This document shows, piece after piece, positions 44,560-53,476 of a DNA stretch of 64,000 bases; the first letter of the stretch is position 1, and each line of letters starts with the position of its first letter. The notes under the pieces are model-generated. The model made no database searches. It was not told the DNA's origin and worked only from the letters and a program-made list of their open reading frames with translations. Source of the DNA: an uncultured Planctomycetia bacterium (GTDB lineage: Bacteria > Omnitrophota > Gorgyraeia > JABMRG01); NCBI GenBank assembly GCA_964493115.1, contig CAZBNF010000001.1, positions 1,786-65,785 on the forward strand, given 5' to 3'. The position numbers were made by a program, and so were the translations under genes.

Positions 44560-45507
44560 GTGGGCAAGACAATAGCAATATGTAATCAAAAAGGTGGTGT
44601 AGGCAAAACAACCACTTCTATTAATCTTGCAGCATCCCTTGCTCTTTTGGGCGCAAATACCCTGTTGGTTGATCTGGACCCGCAAGCGAATACTACAAGC
44701 GGCGTGGGCATAGATAAGAAAACTATTGCACACAGCATATACCACGTGCTTATTGGTGCGCAACCGTTAAAAAGTGTTGTTGTGAATACGGCTATTGATA
44801 AGATGTCTTTAGCCCCAGCAGATATGCATCTTAACGGCGCGCAAATAGAGCTGGTTAGCGCATTCAACAGGGAAAAGCGGTTAAAAGCTAGCTTAGAAGC
44901 AATAAAGCAAGAATACGATTTTATATTAATAGACTGTCCGCCAAGCTTGGGCCTGCTTACCATTAATGCCCTCACTGCTGCTGATACCACGCTTATACCA
45001 TTGCAATGCGAATATTATGCCATGGAAGGCTTAAGCCAGTTGCTTCATACGATTAAACTCGTGCAGGACCACCTTAACCCAGCCTTGGCCATAGAGGGGG
45101 TTGTTCTTACAATGGCAGATTATAGGACGAACCTGACTAATGAAGTTATAAGCGAAGCAAGGGCATTTTTTAAAGACAAGGTATATAATGCTATTATCCC
45201 CCGCTCTATTCGGCTGAGCGAAGCGCCTGGTCACGGGCAACCTGTTATTTTGTATGACAAACATTCAAACGGTGCTGTGGCTTATCAACAACTTGCTGTA
45301 GAGATACTTAATCATAACAACCTTATTAGCAGTACTTTACAAAGCATATCAAGCCTAACTAACAAACAACCCACAGAAACCATACATAGCGCAAATAATA
45401 ATGTTGAGCCAGCATGTGTGGACACAGCCAACACTCAAAACCCAACACTTAACCCCCAAAACTTAACACCTAATACCGAGCCCATAAGCGGAGGAGAGCA
45501 TGGATAA
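44560..45507 (+). CDS. parA: Chromosome partitioning ATPase ParA/Soj (GTG start), with a ~60-aa Thr/Asn/Pro-rich C-terminal extension.
   Basis: Contains the deviant Walker A KGGVGKTT and the ParA box LVDLDPQAN. The C-terminal tail reads NKQPTETIHSANNNVEPACVDTANTQNPTLNPQNLTPNTEPISGGEHG. Confidence 0.9.
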   Translation: MGKTIAICNQKGGVGKTTTSINLAASLALLGANTLLVDLDPQANTTSGVGIDKKTIAHSIYHVLIGAQPLKSVVVNTAIDKMSLAPADMHLNGAQIELVSAFNREKRLKASLEAIKQEYDFILIDCPPSLGLLTINALTAADTTLIPLQCEYYAMEGLSQLLHTIKLVQDHLNPALAIEGVVLTMADYRTNLTNEVISEARAFFKDKVYNAIIPRSIRLSEAPGHGQPVILYDKHSNGAVAYQQLAVEILNHNNLISSTLQSISSLTNKQPTETIHSANNNVEPACVDTANTQNPTLNPQNLTPNTEPISGGEHG

Positions 45508-46372
45508 ACGTAAGGCCCTAGGGAGAGGTTTCCAGGCATTAATGCCTGATATGGATAGTGATAGCAATACTGCGAACATCTTAACAGCTCAAACAAGCGC
45601 CAGTGTGCATATGCTGAGCGTAGATGAAATTATACCAGGCAGATATCAACCGAGATCAGCTTTTAAGCAGGAAAAACTTGACGAGCTAATCTCATCGATT
45701 AAAGAAAAAGGTGTTGTCCAGCCGGTCCTTGTCAGGCGGACAGATGCCGGCTATGAGCTCATAGCCGGAGAGCGCCGCCTGCGCGCAGTAAAGACATTAG
45801 GCCTTAAAACCATGCCCGCGATTATCAAGGACGTGGATGATCTTAATGCTATGGAGATGGCGCTTATTGAAAACCTCCAGCGCGAAGACCTAAACCCAAT
45901 AGAAGAAGCTCATGCGTATCAGCGTCTCAACCAGGAATTCCACTTCACACAAGAACAGATTGCCCAAGCTATAGGCAGAGACAGGGCATCTGTGGCTAAC
46001 ACACTGCGCTTGCTTAACTTGCCGGATAAAATACAGCTCTTAGTGTCAGATGACATAATACAAATGGGTCACGCGCGGGCATTGCTTGCTGTGCCCGATG
46101 CGCAAAGGCAGATGCGCCTATGCGAAAAGATAATAAACAAAGGCCTGTCTGTGCGCGAGGTTGAGCATATGGTGCGGCCGCACGCGCAGCAACGCAGACA
46201 AAAGCCATATGGCGTTACGCAGGATCCACACACCCAGGCGGTAGAGGAAGAACTTGAAAAAATATTAGGGACAAAAATCAGCATACACCACAGAAAAAAA
46301 CGCGGAAAAATAATAATAGATTATTTTTCGCTGGATGACCTTAACCGCATAATCGAGATAATTAAAAAATGA
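45500..46372 (+). CDS. parB: Chromosome partitioning protein ParB/Spo0J.
   Basis: A 290-aa protein with ParB box motifs (VRRTDAGYELIAGERRLRA, LQREDLNPIEEA). It overlaps parA by 8 nt. Confidence 0.9.
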   Translation: MDKRKALGRGFQALMPDMDSDSNTANILTAQTSASVHMLSVDEIIPGRYQPRSAFKQEKLDELISSIKEKGVVQPVLVRRTDAGYELIAGERRLRAVKTLGLKTMPAIIKDVDDLNAMEMALIENLQREDLNPIEEAHAYQRLNQEFHFTQEQIAQAIGRDRASVANTLRLLNLPDKIQLLVSDDIIQMGHARALLAVPDAQRQMRLCEKIINKGLSVREVEHMVRPHAQQRRQKPYGVTQDPHTQAVEEELEKILGTKISIHHRKKRGKIIIDYFSLDDLNRIIEIIKK

Positions 46373-46455
46373 CAGCGTGTGTCATTTAAAATAGCAATTG
46401 ACATTTCTCTATCTCTATATATAATATATCAATACACAAACAAGAGACAATTTTT

Positions 46456-46956
46456 ATGAAAGAAGCTACATTAGTTCTTATCAAGCCGGACGGGCTTAAA
46501 AAATCCCTTACAGGAAATATCCTTACGCGGCTTTCCGAAACTAAGCTTGACATAGTCGCGACGCGCATAGCCCATGTTAGCGTTGAGTTAGCTAAAGAGC
46601 ATTACAGGGCGTTGGCAGGTAAACCGTTTTTTGCCGAACTCATCAAATATATACAAGGCGAGCTGCATGAAAAACGCAAAGTTATGGCAATGGTGTATTG
46701 TGGAGAAGGCGCTATAGAAAAGGTGCGCAAGATAGCAGGCGCCACCAACCCGGAAGAGGCTGACTCGGTAAGTATACGCGGCCAATATGGGCGGATTACC
46801 ACAAAGGGCGTCTATGAAAATGTTATACATGCCTCTGCCAATACTGAAGACGCGGAGCGTGAAATCAAGCTGTGGTTTAACCCTTCGGAAATTATCGTCG
46901 ATCTATACCCCACAAAAGAAGCGGAATTGGCCATACGCGGTAAGGTATGGGCTTAA
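46456..46956 (+). CDS. ndk: Nucleoside diphosphate kinase (divergent).
   Basis: Has an NDK fold signature (TLVLIKPDG, YxxLxGKPFFxxL, NVIHAS). It is preceded by a TTGACA...TATAAT-like promoter at ~46398-46430. Confidence 0.75.
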   Translation: MKEATLVLIKPDGLKKSLTGNILTRLSETKLDIVATRIAHVSVELAKEHYRALAGKPFFAELIKYIQGELHEKRKVMAMVYCGEGAIEKVRKIAGATNPEEADSVSIRGQYGRITTKGVYENVIHASANTEDAEREIKLWFNPSEIIVDLYPTKEAELAIRGKVWA

Positions 46957-47004
46957 TCGTTAGCCCCGGTTATTTGCAAACCACTCAAAACAAAGGTAAA
47001 ATAT

Positions 47005-47886
47005 ATGTTGCTTAGCATGACAGGTTTTGGCAAGGGCGAGGCCTCAGGAAAGCCAGGTGTAGTGAAGATAGAGATCAAGAGCTTAAATTATAAATTTTTT
47101 GAAGTGATAAGCAAGCTTCCGCCCAATCTGGCAGTATTTGAGGACAGAGTAAGAGAGTTGCTTCAAAAAAGGGTGGCAAGAGGTAGGTTGAATCTTTTTC
47201 TGGCATATGATACTAATGCTAAAAAAACAGACGAGGTGCACCTTAATAAGGATATAGCAAAGCAATATTATAACAGAATAATCGCCCTAAAACGCTTTTT
47301 AGGCGCCAAAGGCGATATCAGTATAAGCCAGATTATAAATCTGCCGGGGGTTGTAGAATATAAGCCGCAGGAAGAGAAGACGAATAATCTGTGGCCTCTT
47401 ATACGGCAAGCCCTGGTGCTCGCGATTGATGATCTGCAAAAGGCCAAAGCCCGCGAAGGCCTGATGCTTAAAAAGAATGTCCGCAATATCGTCAAGGAGA
47501 TAGAGACCTCATTGCGCAAAATACAGATTCGTTCACCGCAGGTTACCAATGATTACAGAAAGAGGCTGTTAAAAAATGTCAAGGATTTAGCGGGTACCAA
47601 GCGTGCGTTAAACGGACAGCGCATCGCGGAAGAGGCCGCGGTGTTTGCTAGAAACTGTGATATAACAGAAGAAACACACAGGATAGCCGCGCATATAACA
47701 GGTTTTAAAAAGGTGCTTCTTAACAGCGGCGAGGCCGGCAGGCGGCTGGATTTTATAGCACAGGAAATGCATAGAGAGGTAAATACGATAGGGGCGAAAG
47801 CAAATGATTTTCCCATAGCAAAGGAAGTTATAAAGATAAAGAGCCAGATAGACAAGATAAGAGAGCAGGTGCAGAATGTCGAATAA
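47005..47886 (+). CDS. yicC: YicC/YloC family stress-induced protein.
   Basis: [12 protein letters not shown]... has the YicC N-terminal signature, and the C-terminus has a DUF1732-like region. It shares synteny with remA and gmk. Confidence 0.8.
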   Translation: MLLSMTGFGKGEASGKPGVVKIEIKSLNYKFFEVISKLPPNLAVFEDRVRELLQKRVARGRLNLFLAYDTNAKKTDEVHLNKDIAKQYYNRIIALKRFLGAKGDISISQIINLPGVVEYKPQEEKTNNLWPLIRQALVLAIDDLQKAKAREGLMLKKNVRNIVKEIETSLRKIQIRSPQVTNDYRKRLLKNVKDLAGTKRALNGQRIAEEAAVFARNCDITEETHRIAAHITGFKKVLLNSGEAGRRLDFIAQEMHREVNTIGAKANDFPIAKEVIKIKSQIDKIREQVQNVE

Positions 47887-48127
47887 GAAAAACTTCGCCA
47901 CCCTTATCAACCTGGGCTTTAACAACGTGGTTGTAAAGGAAAAAATAGTGGCAATAGTATCTCCTGATGCGGCACCTATAAAGCGCTTAAAGGAAGAGGC
48001 GCGGCAAAGCAAAAAACTTATTGACGCTACAAGCGGTAGGCGCGCGCGCGCGGTTATTATAACAGAAAGCGACCACGTGATTTTAGCAAGCGTTCAGCCC
48101 GAGACCATAGCCCAAAGGTTTAAGTGA
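47876..48127 (+). CDS. DUF370 / RemA-like small regulator.
   Basis: Contains [70 protein letters not shown]. It sits in the conserved position between yicC and gmk. Confidence 0.75.
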   Translation: MSNKKNFATLINLGFNNVVVKEKIVAIVSPDAAPIKRLKEEARQSKKLIDATSGRRARAVIITESDHVILASVQPETIAQRFK

Positions 48128-48738
48128 TGGTAATGCCTGCCTTACCTCCGATAGTATTAAAAAAGATAAAAACAAAAGGCAGGCTTTTTGTTGTATCAGG
48201 GCCTTCAGGCTGCGGCAAAACCACGCTGTGTGAAAAACTGCTGAAACAGAACTTAGGCCTTGTCCGGTCAGTGTCAGTTACCACACGCGAAGCCCGCGGG
48301 ACGGAGCAGCATAAAAAAGATTACATCTATACAAGTACGGCGGATTTTAAACACCAGCTGGGTAAAGGGTTGTTTTTAGAGTATGCTCAGGTTTTTGGTA
48401 ATTATTATGGCACCCCGAAACGTTTTATAGAAAATAAACTGGAACGAGGCAAGGATGTTTTACTGAACATAGACGTTCAGGGGGCCGCGCAGATAAAGCG
48501 AAAATCAAAAGATGCTGTTCTGGTATTTATCCTGCCGCCATCTATACAAGAACTCAAAAGGCGCCTTTTGGGGCGCTTAACCGATACAAAAGCACAGATA
48601 CGCAAGCGGCTTACTATCGCGCGGACAGAGTTAACGGCAATTAATAGTTATGACTATTATGTGATTAATGGGAACCTGAAGGCCGCGGCTGAAGAATTAA
48701 AACATATTATAATGGCCTCGCGGCGCAGAATATTATAG
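48124..48738 (+). CDS. gmk: Guanylate kinase.
   Basis: Has the P-loop [12 protein letters not shown] and guanylate kinase motifs. Its start overlaps the upstream gene. Confidence 0.9.
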   Translation: MMVMPALPPIVLKKIKTKGRLFVVSGPSGCGKTTLCEKLLKQNLGLVRSVSVTTREARGTEQHKKDYIYTSTADFKHQLGKGLFLEYAQVFGNYYGTPKRFIENKLERGKDVLLNIDVQGAAQIKRKSKDAVLVFILPPSIQELKRRLLGRLTDTKAQIRKRLTIARTELTAINSYDYYVINGNLKAAAEELKHIIMASRRRIL

Positions 48739-48747
48739 GAGGACGAT

Positions 48748-48951
48748 TTGGATAAAATAAACATAGACTTAGAAACACTTTATAATAAGACAGGCAGTAT
48801 CTATAAGCTGGTTGTAATGGCAGCCAAGCGCGCGATAGAGATAAACGCGGGTGCCGCGCAGTTAACGCAGCACCAGAAAGGTAATGTTATCGCGACAGCC
48901 CTGCAGGAAATATCAGAAGGCAAGGTATCTTTCAAGGCGCGTAAAGCATAA
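48748..48951 (+). CDS. rpoZ: DNA-directed RNA polymerase subunit omega (TTG start).
   Basis: A 67-aa protein (...YKLVVMAAKRAIEINAG) with AGGAGG upstream, in conserved gmk-rpoZ synteny. Confidence 0.8.
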   Translation: MDKINIDLETLYNKTGSIYKLVVMAAKRAIEINAGAAQLTQHQKGNVIATALQEISEGKVSFKARKA

Positions 48952-48959
48952 TAAGACAG

Positions 48960-49514
48960 ATGCGAAAAACAAACGGAAAGAAACATACAGTTCTTCTTGG
49001 CGTATGTGCCGGGATAGCGGCCTACAAAGCGTGCGACGTTATAAGCTGTTTGCGCAAAGATAATATAGATGTCGTGGTATGCATGAGCAAAGACGCGCAC
49101 CATTTTATAACACCTCTTACATTACAGACATTATCCGCCAACAAGGTTTTTGAAGGCATGTTTGCGCGTCAGCAGGATTATAGCCCGGTTCACATATCGC
49201 TTGCCGAGAAAGCGGACCTTGTGCTTATTGTTCCGGCAACAGCGGATATTATAGCAAAAACAGCGCACGGAATCTGCGATGAACTGCTTACCTGTACCAT
49301 TGCCTCCACTGCCGCGCCTGTCTTATTTGCCCCCGCGATGAATAGCCTGATGTATAAGAATAAAACACTGCAGGCAAATATCAGCACATTAAAAAAACTC
49401 CATTATCATTTCGTAGGCCCTGTAACAGGCCGTCTTGCCTGCGGCACAACAGGTATCGGGCATATCGCGGATACAGATGATATCCTGCGTAAGGCCAAGA
49501 CCCTCCTTAAATGA
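48960..49514 (+). CDS. coaC: Phosphopantothenoylcysteine decarboxylase (flavoprotein, CoaC half), encoded as a separate gene.
   Basis: A 184-aa protein with the flavoprotein fold signature (VLLGVCAGIAAYKA...PAMN). Its stop overlaps the coaB start (ATGA). Confidence 0.8.
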   Translation: MRKTNGKKHTVLLGVCAGIAAYKACDVISCLRKDNIDVVVCMSKDAHHFITPLTLQTLSANKVFEGMFARQQDYSPVHISLAEKADLVLIVPATADIIAKTAHGICDELLTCTIASTAAPVLFAPAMNSLMYKNKTLQANISTLKKLHYHFVGPVTGRLACGTTGIGHIADTDDILRKAKTLLK

Positions 49515-50167
49515 TCCCGCTTAATATATTAATTACAGCAGGTCCGACACACGAAGCGATAGACCCTGTGCGGTTTATTACCAACCACTCCACAGGCCAG
49601 ATGGGCTATATAATAGCGCGCAAAGCCCAACGCGCAGGCCACAAGGTAACGCTTATAAGCGGGCCAGCGGGCCTTAATCCCCCGTCACATGTGCGGATGA
49701 TCAGTGTGCGCACCGCGCGGGAGATGTTCGGCAAGGTAAAAACTTATATCAAAGGTAAAGATTGTCTTATTATGTCTGCGGCAGTGTCAGATTTTCGCCC
49801 TATTGTGTGTTTAGCAGGTAAAATGAAAAGAAAGAATAGCCCGGGGGTGATTCGTCTTCAACAAAATCCTGACATACTCTCCTGGGTGGGCAAGCATAAA
49901 GGGAGGCTTATTGTAGCGGGTTTTTGCATGGAGACGAAAAATCTTTTAAAGCACGCTAAAGAAAAACAGAAAACAAAAAATGCCGACTTTATGATAGCAA
50001 ACAGGATAACGAAACTCAACACGCCATTTGGGGCAGGCCCAACAAGCGTCGCTATCCTGTGCCCTGGCAATAAAACATTACGCTTACACAACGTAAGCAA
50101 GGATAAAGTAGCCGGAATTCTGCTTGATAAAATACAGAAATTGTGGTATAAAAAACATCCTCAATAA
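49511..50167 (+). CDS. coaB: Phosphopantothenate-cysteine ligase (CoaB half), encoded as a separate gene.
   Basis: A 218-aa protein with ILITAGPTHEAIDPVRFITNHSTGQMGY, a DFP-family signature. Confidence 0.8.
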   Translation: MIPLNILITAGPTHEAIDPVRFITNHSTGQMGYIIARKAQRAGHKVTLISGPAGLNPPSHVRMISVRTAREMFGKVKTYIKGKDCLIMSAAVSDFRPIVCLAGKMKRKNSPGVIRLQQNPDILSWVGKHKGRLIVAGFCMETKNLLKHAKEKQKTKNADFMIANRITKLNTPFGAGPTSVAILCPGNKTLRLHNVSKDKVAGILLDKIQKLWYKKHPQ

Positions 50168-50178
50168 GATTTACCCAG

Positions 50179-50253
50179 GGCGTGGTACCCAAGCGGTAAG
50201 GGAGCGGTTTGCAAAACCGTTATTCACCGGTTCGAATCCGGTCCACGCCTCCA
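50179..50253 (+). tRNA. tRNA-Cys (anticodon GCA), with CCA encoded.
   Basis: GGCGTGGTACCCAAGCGGTAAGGGAGCGGTTTGCAAAACCGTTATTCACCGGTTCGAATCCGGTCCACGCCTCCA has a perfect 7-bp acceptor stem and the anticodon loop TGCAAAA. Confidence 0.8.
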
Positions 50254-50363
50254 TTCTTAATTATTCTATAATTCTAATAATCCTATCTCTCGCGATAACT
50301 GTATTTGCACAGCAATTAAAGCTATATGAAGTATCTCCTACAGATTGGGCCTCACTCTCAGAG

Positions 50364-50570
50364 ATGGAAAAAGAAATATTTGTTGCCCAGTCCTGTCAGG
50401 AGATTATGGAAATCGGCAAAGAAAAGTTTGCTATCATCCCTGATGTGAAGATGATTGTCAGGGCTCTGGATGCAGGTGTTAAAGAAGTTAAAAAAGAAAA
50501 CCCAAAAATCACCATGTTTAAACTTCTATACCATTCCCTGAAAGATACTGGATATTTTGTACAACACTAA
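50364..50570 (+). CDS. Hypothetical small protein, start uncertain.
   Basis: The ORF-track start at 50124 overlaps tRNA-Cys and is rejected. The first in-frame ATG after the tRNA is 50364 (MEKEIFVAQSCQEIMEIG...). An in-frame hydrophobic stretch upstream (IILIILSLAITVFAQQ) hints at a non-canonical start with a signal peptide. Confidence 0.25.
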   Translation: MEKEIFVAQSCQEIMEIGKEKFAIIPDVKMIVRALDAGVKEVKKENPKITMFKLLYHSLKDTGYFVQH

Positions 50571-50584
50571 AAGCGAGGTTAGAT

Positions 50585-50722
50585 ATGACTTGCCCCCTAT
50601 TAGATTTATGCAAATGTGACGGAGCGCAAATATGTTTATTCTGTAAAGTACTCACAGGTATAGCTATTGCTGTGGCAGCTGGTGCAGTGGGGTATGTTGT
50701 AGGTAAAAGGAAAAGAGGTTAA
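50585..50722 (+). CDS. Hypothetical 45-aa Cys-rich membrane peptide. It is not in the ORF track because it is shorter than 60 aa.
   Basis: Translates to MTCPLLDLCKCDGAQICLFCKVLTGIAIAVAAGAVGYVVGKRKRG. A Cys cluster is followed by one TM helix and a basic tail. Confidence 0.25.
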   Translation: MTCPLLDLCKCDGAQICLFCKVLTGIAIAVAAGAVGYVVGKRKRG

Positions 50723-50789
50723 GCATAAAATAGCAGAAATGGGTTGACTTATCATTAAAGGTATGGTAAATTTATTATGCAAGGTTTAC

Positions 50790-50850
50790 ATATGTAAATG
50801 ATGATAATGTGGTTTACAAAAGTAAATAGAATTTAGCTAGTTTACAAGGT
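50790..50850. promoter_or_regulatory. Palindromic operator-like repeats upstream of the toxin-antitoxin pair.
   Basis: A perfect 14-bp palindrome (TTTACATATGTAAA) is followed by tttacaaaagtaaa and agtttacaa. A TTGACT -35-like element lies upstream at ~50743. Confidence 0.4.
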
Positions 50851-50857
50851 GGAATAA

Positions 50858-51115
50858 ATGGAAAACAAAGAGTTTATGTCAATACCTGAGGCTGCAAAAG
50901 TGCTTGGTTTGAGCCGACAAGCAGTGCATAAGAGGGTTAAAAATGGGAAAATCGAGGCAATTAGGATAGGCAGAAACTACGCTATTCCTATAAAGAATTT
51001 AATCGGCGTGGTGAACAAAAGTCTTCAAGATGAAGATAAGGACAAAATACGTGATATAGTGAAAAGGGTCGTTGAGGAGTATGGAGAAGTGCTTAAATTG
51101 CTGGGTGATGGATAA
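50858..51115 (+). CDS. Excisionase-type HTH DNA-binding protein, the likely antitoxin partner of Doc.
   Basis: MSIPEAAKVLGLSRQAVHKRVKNGKIEAIRIGRNYAIP matches the HTH_17/excisionase pattern. Its stop overlaps the Doc start by 1 nt (TAATG). Confidence 0.65.
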   Translation: MENKEFMSIPEAAKVLGLSRQAVHKRVKNGKIEAIRIGRNYAIPIKNLIGVVNKSLQDEDKDKIRDIVKRVVEEYGEVLKLLGDG

Positions 51116-51531
51116 TGGCAAGTATTTCATTAGAAGAAGTTCAGTTTATAGCGCATGAATTAGCCCAGCAAAAACTAGGCTTCAATGAGCCAATACCGAG
51201 TTTTACTACACGTTATCCAAAAATATTGGAAAGCTGTTTAGCGGCCCCATTTCAAACATTTTCTAGAAAGGAACTATATCCAGGATTAGTTAACAAAGCA
51301 AGTATGCTGTTTTACCTTATGATTAAAAACCATCCTTTTCAGAATGGCAATAAAAGAGTAGCTGTAACAACCTTATTATTTTTTCTTGCCAAACATAAAA
51401 AGTGGATAAAGGCTAATTTTAGAACGCTATACCACTTTGCTGTCGACGTTGCTCAAAGCGATGCCAAGAAAACGAAGCAAATGCTGTTATATATAAAAAA
51501 TTTCATAGAAACTTTTATGGTGGATATCTAG
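51115..51531 (+). CDS. Doc (death-on-curing) / Fic-family toxin.
   Basis: A 138-aa protein with the Doc signature HPFQNGNKRVAVTTLLFFL (HxFx[D/N]GNKR). Confidence 0.7.
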   Translation: MASISLEEVQFIAHELAQQKLGFNEPIPSFTTRYPKILESCLAAPFQTFSRKELYPGLVNKASMLFYLMIKNHPFQNGNKRVAVTTLLFFLAKHKKWIKANFRTLYHFAVDVAQSDAKKTKQMLLYIKNFIETFMVDI

Positions 51532-51532
51532 A

Positions 51533-51820
51533 ATGGCTATATACAAGAAAAAAACAGATTACTACATAGACTACTACGCTAACGGTAGGCGTATACGAGA
51601 GAAGGTAGGTTCATCTAAGACTCTTGCTGAGAATGTTCTGCGTAAGCGCAAGCTTGCCATAGCAGAGAATAGATTCCTTGATGTTAGGAAGCAGAATAAG
51701 ATTAAGTTTGAAGAGGTTAAGGATATACGAAAATCCTTCTGGACAGCCTGTAAGGAATCTGTTATATTAAATGTCCGTTTCCATGGGCTAAAGTACACTT
51801 TTACATTTATAAGCAGTTAG
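51533..51820 (+). pseudogene. Tyrosine integrase N-terminal (Arm DNA-binding domain) fragment. The catalytic domain is missing.
   Basis: MAIYKKKTDYYIDYYANGRRIREKVGSSKTLAENVLRKRKLAIAENRFLDVRK matches the common integrase N-terminus (MAxYKRxxxWYIDYYxNGKRIRE...). The ORF ends after 95 aa, 7 nt before tRNA-Val. Confidence 0.6.
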
Positions 51821-51827
51821 GTTCTTC

Positions 51828-51904
51828 GGGCGCATAGCTCAGTTGGTTAGAGCGCCACGTTGACATCGTGGAGGTCAGAGGTTCAACTCCTCTTGTGCCC
51901 ACCA
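51828..51904 (+). tRNA. tRNA-Val (anticodon GAC), with CCA encoded.
   Basis: GGGCGCATAGCTCAGTTGGTTAGAGCGCCACGTTGACATCGTGGAGGTCAGAGGTTCAACTCCTCTTGTGCCCACCA has the anticodon loop TTGACAT. Confidence 0.8.
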
Positions 51905-51922
51905 TTTAGTTGACAGATAAGT

Positions 51923-51962
51923 AAAAAAACGCGTCCTGCTTAAAACAGGACGCGTTTTTTTT
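51923..51962. terminator. Bidirectional rho-independent terminator shared by tRNA-Val (+) and the GGDEF gene (-).
   Basis: A 10-bp stem (acgcgtcctg / caggacgcgt, loop cttaaaa) is flanked by A7 upstream and T8 downstream. Confidence 0.75.
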
Positions 51963-51976
51963 GCAAAGACTATTTT

Positions 51977-53320
51977 TTAAACCGGGCGCGGGGTATGCGG
52001 AGGCCAGGGCTCTTTACGTTGGTCAATGACAAAACAGCTGCCAGGCATATTTTTCGCTTTTTTCTTCACCTCAGCGGCTATATTGGTTACCTCGCCGTAA
52101 GAAGCAATAGGCCTTATCATATTGCTTATGCCCGCAAGAGATATAGTCATTATAGGGAACTTTATTATCTCATCACCATGGCGCGCTTTTGCCTCTATGT
52201 AGCCTTTGCCAAGATCCTCATTATCATATAATGGCCTTATGCGCTTATCGAATTCAGTAGTTATGCAGCTGCTGATATTGTCCGCTCTTTCAGGCGCAGT
52301 AAGTAATATAAAATCATCCCCACCCTCATGGCCTATAAAATCATCCGCGGAACCGTTTTTTCCCACAGCCTCTTTGAAGATCTCAGCGGTAAGCTTTATG
52401 GCGTCATCGCCCTTATGTATGCCGTATTTGTCGTTGAATGCCTTGAAATTATCCAGGTCGCAGTAAATCACAGTGAACTTCTCATTTTTTGATATACGCT
52501 CCTCCACCCGTTCCTGTATTACTATATTACCGGGCAGCTTAGTCAGCGGGTTGGCATTCTCTGCCCTCTGGCGCATTTTTTTAAGGTCTATTGCCATCAA
52601 ATTAAATGTGTCGGAAAGTTCTTCAAGCTCATCATTTGTATTAATATGAATCCTTAGATTTAAATCACCGCCAGCGATTTCTTTTGTAGCGGTGTTAAGC
52701 AATGATATAGGCCTTGTTACCCGCTTTGACAGCATGATGCCAAAAAATGTTGATGAAATAATAACTATTATTACAGTAAGTATCAGAGGCGCGTAAACCT
52801 GCTTAAGCGCGTCCTGCATATTGCCAAGAGAGATATCAAGACGCCCGACATAAGATGTACCGTCCTCCTTGGGCCTTATTGGTATATATAATGCAATAGT
52901 CCTTGTATGCTTGTCTACATAGGTATTGATACCCCTTGCGGACGAGCCGCCTTGCAGTGCCTGGCTGATCTGCGCTAATTCTGCGGTTGAGGCTTTTTTG
53001 CCAGTATATAGGTTATGGGTAGATGCCTTTATAGCCCCATCGTCTGAATATATATAGGCAGTATCAAAAAGCCCGGACTGGGTCAGCTGGTTTAGAGAGT
53101 TATGAAGAGTTTTGCTGATATTATCCTGCGCGCCAGGCTCGTTTAAAGATTTTTGTACTGCATCTTTTAATATCTGAGCGGCTAATCGCGCCTGCAAAGA
53201 GTTGAAAAGGGTGATTACGTGCAGCTGATTCTGAACCTGTATTGCCGCAAAAGCGCTTATGAGGACTACGGCAAATATAATTATAGCAGTCGTAATTCTA
53301 TTTTTTAAAGTAACGCGCAT
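51977..53320 (-). CDS. Membrane-bound diguanylate cyclase with a periplasmic sensor, HAMP domain and GGDEF domain, carrying a GGDDF variant motif.
   Basis: Has an N-terminal TM helix, a ~150-aa periplasmic region, a second TM helix, a HAMP domain (ISLLNTATKEIAGGDLNLRI), and a GGDEF domain (FIGHEGGDDFILL, RYG-like elements). Confidence 0.75.
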   Translation of the reverse strand: MRVTLKNRITTAIIIFAVVLISAFAAIQVQNQLHVITLFNSLQARLAAQILKDAVQKSLNEPGAQDNISKTLHNSLNQLTQSGLFDTAYIYSDDGAIKASTHNLYTGKKASTAELAQISQALQGGSSARGINTYVDKHTRTIALYIPIRPKEDGTSYVGRLDISLGNMQDALKQVYAPLILTVIIVIISSTFFGIMLSKRVTRPISLLNTATKEIAGGDLNLRIHINTNDELEELSDTFNLMAIDLKKMRQRAENANPLTKLPGNIVIQERVEERISKNEKFTVIYCDLDNFKAFNDKYGIHKGDDAIKLTAEIFKEAVGKNGSADDFIGHEGGDDFILLTAPERADNISSCITTEFDKRIRPLYDNEDLGKGYIEAKARHGDEIIKFPIMTISLAGISNMIRPIASYGEVTNIAAEVKKKAKNMPGSCFVIDQRKEPWPPHTPRPV

Positions 53321-53476
53321 ATAGTTTCCCTGTTTAAATTACACTTATTTTACTATAAAGTATATGCAATGTCAATACTCATGGGCAAATGGCCTCGGTA
53401 TTTATTGACAAAGCACGGGTTTTTTGGTATATTACGCTAAACAAGTTGCCCGTTAATCATATAAATACAACAAGGC

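Noticed and set aside
44586-44990. A 134-aa minus-strand ORF antisense to parA, along with similar antisense ORFs in parB, ndk, yicC and thrS.
   Set aside because: These are shadow ORFs opposite well-supported conserved genes.
50124-50570. The ORF-track start at 50124 for a 148-aa protein.
   Set aside because: Its first ~43 codons overlap coaB's end and the entire tRNA-Cys gene. The start is artefactual, and a downstream start (ATG 50364 or a non-canonical one) is more plausible.
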